Source of the DNA: Oopsacas minuta
Lineage: Eukaryota > Animalia > Porifera
Reading direction: 5' to 3'
Assembly (NCBI GenBank): GCA_024704765.1
Contig: JAKMXF010000304.1
Span: forward strand, 230,225 to 294,224
DNA length: 64,000 nt
A program made the translations under genes and the position numbers. The notes under the pieces were generated by a model. That model had not been told where the DNA came from and did not search any database. It saw only the letters and a program-made list of their open reading frames with translations. The first letter of the stretch is position 1. Each line of letters starts with the position of its first letter. Positions 1-13,098 of this stretch are shown here, piece by piece.

Positions 1-373
1 TATTTTGAAAGTAAATAAGAGAACAATGACAATCTACTACGCGCATGTATTTAGTCTTGTACAACAATAGTAAGAAAGATAAAACGATTAATAAGGTATA
101 TTTTCCTCCCGAAGTTAGTAGCATCAATTCGTAAATTCTTATTTATTAGTATTTAACATAAATTAAAATCCAATTTTCCACACGGTTTCTTAAATATGGC
201 CATCAGGACGCATAATTTCCTACCAGGGTATATATTGAAGCAATGCGTTGACAATTGACAATGCAACTTGTTACGTACGTATATCCAATATAGTAAGTTG
301 CATTGTGTATCAGGAATAATTTACTTGGTGTATTTACAATTACTAATCTCGAGTATGTAAAAATATGAGTTAC

Positions 374-1726
374 CTTGCTTGAGAATTCTGTTCCCTGATC
401 ATGTTGGAGGATGTTAGGCACACCGAATGAGAGATAAATTTCCTGTAAACAATCCAATATTTCTTTAGATGTTTTAGTCTTGAGTGGTCGGGCAATTACA
501 AATTTACTCAGGTAGCACACGATGACAAGAATGTGCTGAAATCCAAGTACAGTGCGAGACATATTACATATGAGATCAATTCCACAATGACACCATGGTT
601 CTTCAGGAGGAGGAATAGGTTGAAGCTCTCGTTGTGGCTGAGGAGGTAGAGCAGCAGAGGTTTGACAGTCATGGCAAGTTCGGATCTAGAACGGGAAATG
701 ATTTAATTGTCAGTTTGCAGTCCAGTCTAATGTAATTTGCTACGTCCCAGATGTCCCACTAAATTAGCATTCCGTCCCGCTTTTTCTTCACTCAGGTTGG
801 CAAATATGTTTATGTGAAATACTCCCACTACCTATCCCAATTACTAACTACCGCAAGGATCATTAGTTGTTAGATACATGATTGGTTGGTTGTACCGCAC
901 AAATAGATTTCCATATGATAAAATTGTATACCGGTATACTAAATATCATCAGATCGCACAAATAAAGGTGTATACAGTAGAATAATTACAAGGTGAATAA
1001 CCTCAAACTATAAAATACATCCTGTTCTCAGACTTACCAACCCCTTTTGCAAATTTCCCTGGATTATCGTTGCTAAATCCCTGGATTTCAAAATTTGTAA
1101 TCCAGGTATCCCTGGAGGGTTGGTAAGTCTGTGTTCTCAGCCACATTTTCTTGGAAAATCATATATGAAAGAAATACGTAATTTAGTAACTCACGTAGGA
1201 TCCAACATCATTGTATATACCATTCCAATCATATTTGTTTCGGATTCCATCAATGGTAGTGTTGATTCCAGGATGAGTGACATTGTGATAGAATCCGATA
1301 ATGTTGTCAATTTCTGAGACTAGTGGAATCTCCAAGTATTTCACACAGCCATTCTTCTTTCTGAAAATCTACAAGAAAATTATTCTAGTTAAACGCAGAG
1401 GTTATAGGTAGCATTGAGGGGCAGAGGAGCCCCTAGCGTTTTCGCCCTTCTCATCTCCCTATTGTACGCAAATTTAATGAGGCATCTACATATCTGCCTC
1501 CTCGCAGATATGTAGTTACCTCAAGATTTCTAATTATGTCTTGGAAATATGTATAAATCAAAAATATCATTCAGGAATATACCTTCATTAGCTTATTCTC
1601 TTGAAAGTAAATCCCCTTGCACTTTCTGACAAAATTCTTCTTTCTGTAGCGATCACTCTTGATTTCTGGTGGGATAATATTCGTCTGGAGGTATCCACGA
1701 ATTGCTTCATGCTCTGTCGCATCCAT
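374..1726 (-). CDS. Spliced Gypsy-type (Ginger/GIN-like) integrase gene, 5' three coding exons: 1726-1583, 1368-1195, 685-374; continues beyond the left edge
   Basis: Manual splicing at GT..AG junctions (aag|GTATAT, ttgtAG|att, tac|GTGAGT, ttctAG|atc, aag|GTAACT), all phase 0, gives 48+58+104 codons with no stop. It contains the H2C2 zinc domain (YHNVTHPGIN..W.GIYNDV.SY / IRTCHDC), LQPIP..PW..CGIDL (first D) and FGVPNILQHDQGTEF (second D). Confidence 0.9.
1029..1131. mobile_element. 103-bp MITE in intron 2 of the integrase gene
   Basis: Perfect 15-bp TIRs CAGACTTACCAACCC (1029-1043) / GGGTTGGTAAGTCTG (1117-1131), flanked by TGTTCT on both sides (1023-1028, 1132-1137). Confidence 0.7.
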
Positions 1727-1816
1727 AATGAAAAATGCCAAAAGTAAATATAAGTGTTTGATGTTGAAATCTAGAAACAAAGTAAAATGTTAGTGTGTGC
1801 ATTTAGGAAGTCACAC

Positions 1817-3929
1817 ATGTATAAATACGAATACTATATGACTAGGGATGAAATGTTGATATTACTTGATTTGCAATTGCTACTTGCGGGTCAAAATCCT
1901 ACGCGGGTCAAAATCCTACGCAACAGCACTCGTTCAATCGCAGACCAATTTATTTCAACTCATGGTTTTGATCGAGATGAGCAAAATTTCTTTGTCTGAA
2001 GTTCAATGATATTCAAAAAGAGAGAGCCTCTTTTCATAAATATTCGGACCTTGATACTGGGAATTCCATGTGCTTCTGTCCTCTGCCAAAGAAGCCTAGG
2101 TTAAGTGCCTCTTCTTCATTAACCATTAACTTTGAGAAGACTTTAATCTTTCAAAAAAGAAATCGCTCGCTGACTTAATGACCAAATGTTTGAGAAATCG
2201 GCTCTCTTTTCTTAAGTCTCACCTCGAATCAGTCGCTGAAAACGAGCATGTATCTCCAAAGACTCTTGCAACTTATCTCTTACTACTTTGTTGCAATGAG
2301 GAGCAGGACAGGAATAGTGCCAATGTTTGTAAAGAGATGCTCGAGAAGGGAAACTCATCTCCTATCTATCCACAATTATCACTTGATAAATCTGCCTTTC
2401 TTTTCGATTCGCTTAAGATCGGTAAAACAAAGTATTTAGAACAATAGTGTAGCTAAACATCGGGCTCAAATTAATTTGCTGGATGAGGTGTGTATAATTC
2501 ATAGAGAATTTCCATGTGGAGTAGGTATTTCTTACCCCAGACTACTCACCCATACAGTTGAACGAATTGTATCTAACTTAAGTCCTGATACCCTTGTCTA
2601 TCCACTGAAAGTTCGAGTATCCGATGGCTTAGATGGATCTGGGTGTCATCGAGTTTACCAGCTAGCTATATCTAACCCTGACCTCTCGATTAAAACCTTC
2701 ATTTTATTTGGTTTCAAGGTTAACGCAATCATAAATGCAAATGTTCATATCCTATGGAAACCTCATCATCCGAATCCGCCATTTTGCACTGGGCCAGTTA
2801 CCCTCTTAGCCCTTCCAGAAAATGAAGAGAGTGTCAAGTTTTTGATGGACTCATTAATAAATAACGAAACTTCAACTATCGAAGAGAGTGGTTTGTGTTT
2901 ACACAATAGCAATGCAGAGGTCAAGATCATAAGATCTCATTTCGATATAAAGATGGAAAAAATCTTATGCGGTGCTGGTGGTGCTAATTTTCAAATGTGT
3001 ATTGCAACGTTCCAACAGATACACGGTATTAGCATAGTTCAAAATGGCTTTCCCATAAAAGGGACTATCCGTGATGCACGTGATTTATTTGATGAAGTTG
3101 ATGAGGAAGAATTTTTATCTTTGCCAACAAATCAAAAATTCAATTTAACACACAAACCGATCTCAGAAAAAGATATCATATCAGCTTCCCCTCTACATGC
3201 ATATTTGAGAGCATTTAGTTGGTTTCTGTTATTGATTTGCCATTTACAGTGTGGTGCTATTCAAAATGGTCACCAACTTCGCCAATAATTCTTGGGGCCA
3301 AGAAATTTATTACTAGCCTTATTGAAGAAAAACTTAGTTTATTAATTGACGCACCATCAGTCCAAGGAGGAACCACCACAGCCGGAAATGTTGTTCGGAG
3401 ATGCTTCACACATAGCGATGATACTGTGCAAGATTTTCTCTATTGGGAATTGACGGTTGTTCTTCGAGAGACACATGAAGTTGTTACTACAATCTTTAAT
3501 AATTTGAGTGCTATCCTGAGATTGTATAATAGCAACAGGAAAGTGGATACTGAAGGCCTTGATAATGTATGCCGAGAGACTTACGATTCCATATTAACCA
3601 ATTTTTCACGGAAACATGTAACCCTTACTTTACATAAACTTCTAGCCCATGCACCACAAATAATTGCAGATCATCACGATGGGTTTGGTTTAGAAGATTT
3701 GTCTGAGGAAAGCCTTGAATCTTGTAATAAATTGGTCAGTTGAGAGACTCTCAAAAAATTTAGCTTTGAGGACAACGTTAAAGATATGTTCGTCAGGCTT
3801 ATCTCTCAAAATGATCCAATTTTAGCATCCTTTCGTAAGATTACCAAAAACGATTCGGAGCCAGATCTATCTGAGTTAAAGAGCTGTCAAGATATTTTGG
3901 TGAATTCTCTAATTATGAATAGGTTATAG
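1817..3929 (+). pseudogene. RAG1-like (Transib/RAG1L) transposase, copy 1, disrupted by frameshifts and stops
   Basis: ORFs 2178-2447, 2476-3288, 3219-3743 plus in-frame flanking pieces. Motifs: NBD-like LRNRLSFLKSHL..VAENE, SDGLDGSG (RAG1 D600-like), PNPPF..PV.L, HFDIKM (D708-like), SPLHAY, LHKLLAHAPQII and LSEESLESCNKL (E962-like). Confidence 0.9.
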
Positions 3930-4231
3930 TTTGTAATTCAATGAACGGTAGGTCATTTTAACAAGGAATATGGTTTCATAAGTTGATAAAAATGTACAGT
4001 AAATAGACTTAATAATATCAAAACATAAAGCATTCAATTTCTGAACCTATAGCTCACAGATTGGCTTAATTAAAATCGATAAAAAAATCAAAATATTTTT
4101 AATGTGACAATGACACCATTACTTTCACACCCAAAGACTTAGAAAAAATCTAGTTACGTCAATCGATTCCTTGGGTACAATTCCCCATATTTCAATAATA
4201 TAGTTTAATACGTTATCTAGTGCCCTAATAC

Positions 4232-4265
4232 CTACTTCCAGGTTTTAGCATTTCGTGCCGCTGTG
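4232..4265 (-). repeat. 3' terminal inverted repeat of RAG1-like copy 1
   Basis: Reverse complement reads CACAGCG-GCACGAAAT-GCTAAAACC-TGGAAGTAG. It aligns with the 3' TIR of copy 2 (heptamer, then GC.AAAA...GG.A.TAG in nearly the same register). Confidence 0.7.
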
Positions 4266-6331
4266 TATAGTTTGGTAAAGTCATGGTGAAGATTTGGTCA
4301 CCTGATCGAAGCATTTAAATTTCAATTAGTTTGAATACAGAAGGACAAATCCCTTTTGATAGAAATACATATATGAAGCGCATAGCGAATAACTTATGAA
4401 AGAATATTTTTGAATGCATATATACAGAATATACTTCAATTTCCTGGATCTCTTACATAAACTGTCGGAAATAGAAAAAATTAATGGTATGATGAATGTA
4501 AACAAGTATTGTTGTACTCTTACAAGTGCTGCTGAAAATAAAAAGTAACAATAGTGAATGTAAATACAAGATTCTTAAAATAGTTTAGCTGGTCCCTTAA
4601 TTTCAAGAAATTGAGTTATAAGAGATCAAAGAGGGTATTTATATTATTTGAGAAGTTCTATAGGTAATATTTTCAAGAATTCATCTCAAAGTTAGAGTTC
4701 GTAGGAACAAACAATTTAGAATTTTACGATTATTAGAAGGTCGTTGCTGGTAATTATTTTAGTGAATCGCTATGATATCGATATTGTTATGAATGTTCAC
4801 ATCTCAACAATCGATTAGCATCAAAAATTGAAATTCAGAAGAATTTATTGTAAGAAAAATCAAGTTGAACATAGCCTACTTTAAGTAGAATAAGATTAAT
4901 ACCCATTTACTCTTACTCCTGACTTTACATTTTTGGATGTGTTCTAGATTCGTGACACTATCAAACATAAGAATCACATTGTTTATTATTATATAAATTG
5001 GATTAGATTTGTCAGTATCAATTTTAGAACTTATGATTTCATGCAAATTTCTATTGCAGAAATCAGTCTCATGGTAGATAGGTCACGAAAAAATTGTGTG
5101 GTGAACGTGTAATAGGTATAAACACGCGCAGGTTGACTCAAAATTCGCATCCACTGGATTTCTAATAATCTAGTATAGAAAACGATATTCCCTTCATTTA
5201 CTGGTATCTCCTTCTAAAACACCTACTAGCTACTGCTTTAAAATGTCTTAATTCAATAGTATAATAGTCGGTCCCATCTACTTAATTGCCCATCAAACTT
5301 CGCCAATAGTTTGTTGAGGTTAGTATCAATGGAAATATTCAAAAACTAGATCATATCCTATATTTTAATAACATTATTTGCTCTTAATCTGAAAAGGAGC
5401 GCACTCCCTCCCTCGCTCCTAAAATGGTGCGCAATTCATCCCACTCCCTCTCTATCTTCCAGAGTTACATTAGATTAATAATCAGTGCCCAATTTGAAAG
5501 CTGTACACCCAGGAATTGTTAAATGTGCAACGTCAAATACATGCGTACATATGTTTATGTGTAATATCAATGGTGTACTCAGGTTCCTTTCACAGTCAGA
5601 ATATTGATTTATTTGCAGATTAACTCGGAATTCTAGAAAATGTTGGAAATCAAATTGGTACGCGAGCTCTGGCTTTCCATCTCAATCTAAATGGTGCGCT
5701 GTAGATATTTGGGTCTTGAATCATAATTGGAGTCCACTCTTCCTCCTGCTCCCTTGATGCTCTGGTATGCACCTGGAAACGAGGTTCAGTTCTATGTCTA
5801 ATTGTTTGAATCAAGGGGATTGCCGCCGATCATCGGATAGTGAGGTTTGTGGACTAAAATATTACTTTTTTATTGCTCTTTTTCGATTCAATTTCAATTT
5901 CATAATTGATAATTTCAAAGAAATGTCCAGATCCAATGATTTAGAGGGTCTATATGCGTATAACTAGGCTCAACTAGCCTAGCGGCTTCGAACGAGGGCT
6001 CCCTCAATAGAAGATTTAACACATTTTTGAGAATGGAATATTGTTACATTCTCCGTTTGACGTGAAGCCGCCGAAAGTTTTGATACTGAGTCATGAAGAT
6101 TACATATATATATTTTGGTGCTTTTGTGTAAAGTTTCTCATTTCCAAAATTTCGATGATACTCTATCTGACTATTCATTGAATTTGAAATTCTTTTGATG
6201 GTTCTTATCATCTCACTGCTATTTATACTGTGCTGACTATACTTTAGTATAGTTGCCCAGTATTGAAATGGTTTCCTATATCCTTTATAAAATTACAACC
6301 TCTGGGGACAGGTTAGTCTATTAAGTAATTT

Positions 6332-6430
6332 TGTTTAAAAAGTGGCACTATTAATTGGAGGCACTATGTTTAATTAGATTAAAACTAACCTTTTATAGTG
6401 GCTCCAATTAATAGTGCCACTTTTTAAACA
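6332..6430. repeat. ~100-bp hairpin / miniature inverted-repeat element
   Basis: 36-bp arms TGTTTAAAAAGTGGCACTATTAATTGGAG.CACTAT and its reverse complement (1 mismatch) around a ~27-bp loop. Confidence 0.75.
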
Positions 6431-8084
6431 GTATACTTATTACACTAAGCTGCCGGCACTGGTTGTAATTTATACTATTTTTTCTCGTTGAAAGCCCTGC
6501 CGCCAAAACTGGATAGAATTTAAATGATATATGGTGTGAGAAATATTGAAGATATTCGTCGGGTGGCTTCTCCCTTTGCTAATCAATCGGACACCAAGTG
6601 CCACTATTTCACACTGGTCAAACTTTTGTCTGGCCTCTAAAAAACTATGAAAGGAAAGGTACCAAATTGTCACACATTTCGAAAGAGAAAAATTTCAACA
6701 CCTTCCCACTCTTATAGCATTTTATATTGGTTATAGTTTTTTGCTGAAGGTAAATGAAGAATATTCATTATATAGCACTATGCCATCGGTAATGTTTCTA
6801 TTGTTCTTGTTAGAAGTTGAATATTCATTTGTTAAACAATAAGTACTTCTAGTGTTGTATATAATATAGATTGATTGAAAATCTGAATTTCACTGTAGCT
6901 TTAATTATTTATTATTATATTTATGAATAATAAAAGATTTTAACTTAACCATAGATAATTTAAATGATATGTATTTCCCCGAATATATAACTTTTGAATA
7001 ATAGTAGAAGATTCTTCTAAACAGCAAGAGGGGGTAATTCAATATGCTGACACTTACATAAATATGAATGATGAAAATATCTATTTTGAATATGATGCAA
7101 ATATTGCGGTGGTTCCAATTCTATGTCGCAATATTATGAATGGTTGTAAAAAATTTGTTTTGAGTTCAAAATTATAAGTTCAATATTTAGCAGCCAAGAA
7201 TTGAATTTGTGTGAGATTTGCTATTTTGATAGCAGATTCCTTTTCTACACATCTGAATGCACTTAACTTCCAATAGCAACCTCGTGGTTAATAATTATTA
7301 ATCATTGCTACCGCGTGCCACTTGTTCCCATCTAATAAAATTGTGGCAATTGAATAAAGTTATATACAGTAACACTCAATAATTCTTTATATATCGAAAT
7401 TATTGGAATCTTCTTCAATAGTTGATTCGGATTCGTATAATATACGCAATACACTAACTAAGTTTGACATTTATATCTAGCGTACGGTCAGAGAGAAATG
7501 AAAATAAATATTTGGCATTTAGGATGAAATGTTAGAATACCAGGATCTGGATCTATTTCCCTCCTTTGATTCAATCCGAGGTTTGTTTCTTTAATCCATA
7601 TCCTAGATTTTCAATTAAGGGATTTTGTTGATGCCGGTATCCTGATGTTTTTCAATTTTTACTACCGTGCAGATACGTTGTAATGGGACATTCTTTGCGC
7701 TGCAAATATATTATCAAATTACAGTTTGTATATCCACTTGTGAACATTAATAGAAATACAGTTGCTTCGGCCTGCAGAATCATTTTTTTACTTTTTGTTG
7801 ACCAAATCACATAATCATTCAGATGATTTCATTTCAATCCGTATATAGATTGTAGGTACAGACTTTGTACATTGCTAAGTTCCAAAAATATATCTTTCAC
7901 AATGTAAATATTTTATTAACCAACTTATTTCTATTTCATAATTTGAAGACACGCCATAGCTTAGTAAGTATAGATGTAATATATCATATGTTTCATTAGT
8001 AAGATGTAAATAGAAAATTTAGTATTTATTCTTGAGAGTGAATCTATTAAATTTATACTAAATCATATTTTTTTTCTCTATTAG

Positions 8085-8391
8085 GAAACAGAATTTGCTA
8101 GACACCTACAATTCTTCTTCTACTAATGAAACGAGACATCAAATAACACATTTTCCAGAAACTTCTGATAAATATTTTAAACAAAAACCGCTAAACACTC
8201 CATTATATCAGGGTATTATTGGTCAAAATTCATCATCTTCTCATTCTCACTCATCATTTCTGCCACTGGTTCCTGGTCCCACGAATATATCATTTAGTTC
8301 ATATGAATATTTCACTCGTCCTCAGGAAATTCCTGTTACCCATATTGGATCAAATGAGTCTTCATCTATACAACAGTTTTCAGTTGTATAA
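8085..8391 (+). CDS. Putative terminal exon of an unidentified host gene (Ser/Pro-rich, low complexity)
   Basis: Strong polypyrimidine tract plus AG at 8083-8084, ~100 open codons, TAA overlapping an ATTAAA polyadenylation-like signal. No recognisable domain. Confidence 0.35.
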
Positions 8392-11300
8392 TTAAACGGC
8401 TGTATTTCAATCAGTACATTATTTTGTCATTCTTTCATTTATTTTATATCGTTTTCTTCTTGTTTTTCATCAGATCTCAAATATCTTGTAATTATTCATC
8501 TTTCTTTATTTTTACTTTTTATTCTCTGAGGTTTCTAACTACTTTGGGAATATAGATGCTAGGGTAGATGTTGACACATGGTACATGTTAACATCTTCGC
8601 GGTAAATGTTGACAAGATTGCTATCATGGTATTTTCTTATCTATTATTTGTGGCTTTATTTTGAAATAGAATTTATGGTCTCTTAAAAAAATGTAAGAAT
8701 TTACTAGCTTCCAGGGAAAATACATACGAAATAGCTTTCAAAAATATACATGATGATACTATTGTGTCTATCAATTAGATAACGAGTACATATGTTCTAA
8801 TTAGGACAGGTCACTGCTACCTATATAAATAGTAGAAGAAGGAAAATTTCGCGACGGCAAAATGTGTCATCCATGGTAACTACTATAATTTTGAAATCAG
8901 ATACTTTATTATGACAATTTTAAATATTTTGTATAAAATCATAAGATCCTAATGTGATTTTGTAACTGCAAATTTATACGAAATGTGTCTTATAGCCGAA
9001 ATGATGACTTTTTATCATTCTGAAATCTTTTGTAGATAGAGATTGTGTGAATTGTAAGTAACTATAATACATTTTATCGGGCAAAAGCGTACCATTTTGG
9101 TTGTACCGTAACTAATAGAATTTTATATGAATAAATGGAATTCCATAGCATCCTACTGCACTAAGTCACCGGCACTGCATATACTGTGGATGGGTTAATG
9201 CCGTTGAATGGAGATTTAGAAACTTGTGTTTTGTATCAAATATATCTTCAAATATGCAAAAATGGTAGAATCGGAATGTGTTTTGACTATTGTTAATCCA
9301 GTATTACCCATCTAATCACTAAATTTGGCTGATTCAAGGTACCACGGTGCCCTTGGCACAGAGTTTCTTCCGCCAGATTTGCACTCTTGCCCCAGCTTCT
9401 CAGTATTTTCCACAGGAATTTCCCTACGCACTCATTTTGCAACGTGTGTACCGCCATGGCTAGATGGCCTAGATACAGCAAATATAATATATTGAATATT
9501 TAGGGTCAAGCGCGTCATATATCGAGCTAAACGAGATAAATGTTTTTAAGTTTGTACAGTGTGCATATGAAATATAGAAGAGAAATAGCTAAATAAACAG
9601 ACCTCAGGTGTATTTCTTAAATGGTTAGATTTTCAAACCAAAAGTGTCTGTTTTACGTAGAAAGTAACAAAATATTCAAAATTATTAACTCAGAATATAC
9701 ACTTCTGAGACTTCAGGGTAGAGAACTTAACAATGATCTTTGTAGTATCAATTTTTCTCAAGAGTTCATCCTCGATGCTCAGAGATATATTATTTAGTCT
9801 ACCTCGAACCATAGCTGTGCTTTTCATCAGGACTCTGCGAATACAAAGCCCTCAGGTTTATGTGGAACCTTTGGTTTGAAGGGCGTATTTATAAAGTCCC
9901 ATGACTCATGTATATTAGGGATTGCTTGTTGGTTAGGAGCCCCACAGTGCAGAGAGCGCTGGGTTAATGATATGCCTCGCCTTTATATAGAGAGACCTGT
10001 TACCCCTGTTTCATGATAAATTTCAAAAATTGTATAAGCGCGAGGCCCTTGACACAAACTATGAGTGCCACATAATTAAACCGGAACTGTTAAGTACCCA
10101 TCTAGTAAATGTTCAATGAAGTTAAGTCATATCTAGTATATTCCTTTAATTGTATTGGGAGAAATTGTGGGGAATTATCCGTTAGATTGCGAGTATCACC
10201 AGGTCAACTGTAAAAAATGTATAAAAATAACTCACAAATGACCCATATTTTAGCATCAAAAGCCCCTAACTCGATCCACGAGGGTAGGCGAAAAACCCGA
10301 ATTTTTGTGTTGAATCCTGCAAATCAGTATTCTGTTTTCTGTTGGCCACCCAAATATCTTTGGTTGACGAAATATTATACCAGAATACCTAAATTGCTCT
10401 TGATAGAATACAATTAGCTCACCACCCTACTATACAATCACATAAATCTCTCCATTTTCCAATATGTTCCTCTTCCATTAATGACATAAATATGACACTA
10501 AGTAACAAGCAACGACATGAACCAGCATATAAGTTTTCCATATAATTTCAGTGATGTCAATCTTCATACTAGTTTCGCAAATATTATTCTAGCAATAAAT
10601 GGCAACAAGTGATGTTAACATTGATGCCTTCGTTTTCTAAGGATTTTCTTATGGGAGCCCTACTAACAATTAGACTTCCTTCCCCACTGATTGTAGTATT
10701 CTAGGTACTTCGCACATCACCCATTAGAACTCCCTTGCGAAGGTTTGAGGTTCTTAATGATTTACTATTGGTTATTCTTGCATATCAACAGGTTAACCGA
10801 TTACTTCCAAAGTATTAGGTTCGTAACAAAAATGAACACGTTAATTTTATCACTTCGCTTTAACCAATTCCTGCACACAAATAGAGATTTCAGCAAAATA
10901 TTGACGTCATAAAATCACACATTTTTCGATGGTATTTGGTTAAAGGCCCGAAATATCTGTCCTATATTCACTATACCACCATTACGATAAGTTCTATTTT
11001 ATAGTACAATCTTTTGAAATATTCAATATTGGACTTGTATTTCGTGTTTGCCTTTGCCATATGTTTTCTAAATAACTTATATATAGGTCAGTTTGACTAT
11101 AGTATTGAATCTTTGTATGAACCATACCCACAAAAATTGTTTTCGGGTAATAATTGGGCACACAAAGATAGAGATCAGGAACTTATTGAAGAATTTGACC
11201 GGAAAACTTCAAAATTATGCCTTAAAATAGGCCAAAAGGTCTGAAAAATGCTGCTATATTTTGTGGTGCCTTGACTAATTTCAGAATCGAACAGCGTACA

Positions 11301-13098
11301 TTAGAGAAAGCATGTAGCTTTGAGAATGCAAGAGGCATCCGAAGGGTATCATCTACACACACAAAGTGTCCATGTGCCGTACAACGCTAGTAAGCAAAGT
11401 TTACTAAAGCAAAATATCATCAAGAGAGGTTATTTAAAGATCGCAAGGTATAATTTGTTTGCATTTCATGAAATAGGGCTAGAATTCAATGATCCTTGAT
11501 AGTGATAACATTTTTCCCAATATGTTACTTAGTCTAATTGCATGCAAGTAATTGAATCCTCACTAGAAATAAATTTGAGTTAGCGGGAAATAAATTGATT
11601 TAGCTCGTCAACAAAAATTAGTGATTTTGATAGTTTAGTCCTTCCAGAAATTTGGTAAACGCTGACTTTGACGGATAAATCCATAAAAACTGAAAGAAAA
11701 CAAAATATTGAAAAATTGTATTAAATCAATGGTTGATAAAGTAATTGACATCCTCCTAAATATGACTTTGAAATTGGCATTCAGAAAAGACGAGAAGACG
11801 AAAAGAAGTGATATGGTTAGTATTTAGGAATATATGCGAAACGATATGCATAATATGATAATGCAAATGAACAAAGAACTGACCAACAAGTGCGTCTATA
11901 GTTATTAAGGCAAAGGCCATGAGAATATCGTTTCTCCCCCCATGAATATTCTTGCCTAGCCCGAGTACAACGCTAGTGATAGGGTTTTCACTAGGTTCAT
12001 CGTTTCGATTTACCAAACAACTGGATCCTAAGTTATTTCTCTACAGTTGGAAAGCAAGATTACGATTGAATTACTAAATGTTGGAATAGTTGATTAAGTT
12101 TCAACTAACCTGCCCATGTACGCATACTCATCGAGTAGCAAATTAAACATCACAACCGTACAAATATAATGGTGAGTTAATACATATCCATGTACATAAT
12201 GGTGTGGGAGCAAAATGTGTATGAACAAGATTCGAATAATACTTACTTGGGTTAGTAAGTACGAATTGTTGTTCCCCAGTGCAGGTACGTCTTATTCGAG
12301 TCTAAAGGTGTATTGGGCTGGGGAAAGATTGAAGATTCGAAATCTAAGCATACTTCAGAAATATACAAGTATTTCCCAAAGAAGCGCCTGCGCACTTAGT
12401 ATTGTCGTGCTGATTTAGAGTTAAATTTGCTCACAATTTTGAAAATCCAATATTTTTCGGAAAGTAACTATGCTAATTTGTTGCATAGTCAATGAGGACT
12501 AAGATTCATCAAAGATTCTACTAGAAGGTGGAGTAAAATATAATTAATAAGCAATAGGACTTATTCAAGCCCCTACGTTAATTAGCTCAGGGACATACTG
12601 TAGTGGTCTAAAGTAACTAAGGGATGTATTTTTGGGAATTTGGGGACTAATATAAATATATTGGCGGTTAAATTTCTGTATTTTGTGTACCAAGCCCCTC
12701 CTAGCCCCACTTCTGATTAAGTGACATCGCAAGGATGAGGGTGCGTCCATGGAATGGTATGTTACAGCATCTATATGGTAAGCCAACAAGGACAGAAATA
12801 GGTGGACTATATGCTACATCTAAGGAACTTGAATTAGACTTCTAATGAAAAATTGGAAGATTCTGGCTCGCCCACCTAAATTTCGATTATTAGTGGGAGG
12901 GGTTGAATCATTAGTCATTTCAGAAGGTAGATATCAACAGAACTTGCCAAGTAACCTGCGTTATATAGGCCTGTTCACCTACTAAATTTCTTGCACCATG
13001 GATTAAAGGAAGTCCAATAGCATACCGAACACCAAGGCACTAGACCTGCTTGAATTTGGGTTAACATAGATACGTTAATGCAGTACTGAATAATACTA

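Noticed and set aside
1811-1817. ..CACACA as the terminus of a Ginger element
   Set aside because: Only a 3-nt hallmark, with the partner end outside the window, so it cannot be supported.
1886-1919. 17-bp tandem duplication GCGGGTCAAAATCCTAC x2
   Set aside because: Real but local; best explained as a slippage or insertion lesion inside the decayed RAG1-like copy 1.
9943-9949. Isolated CACAGTG/CACTGTG heptamers (also 25613, 26957, 35878, 63333) as RSS-like targets
   Set aside because: None has an accompanying ATTAGCCAAATT block or nonamer at a fixed spacing, and a few chance hits are expected in 64 kb.
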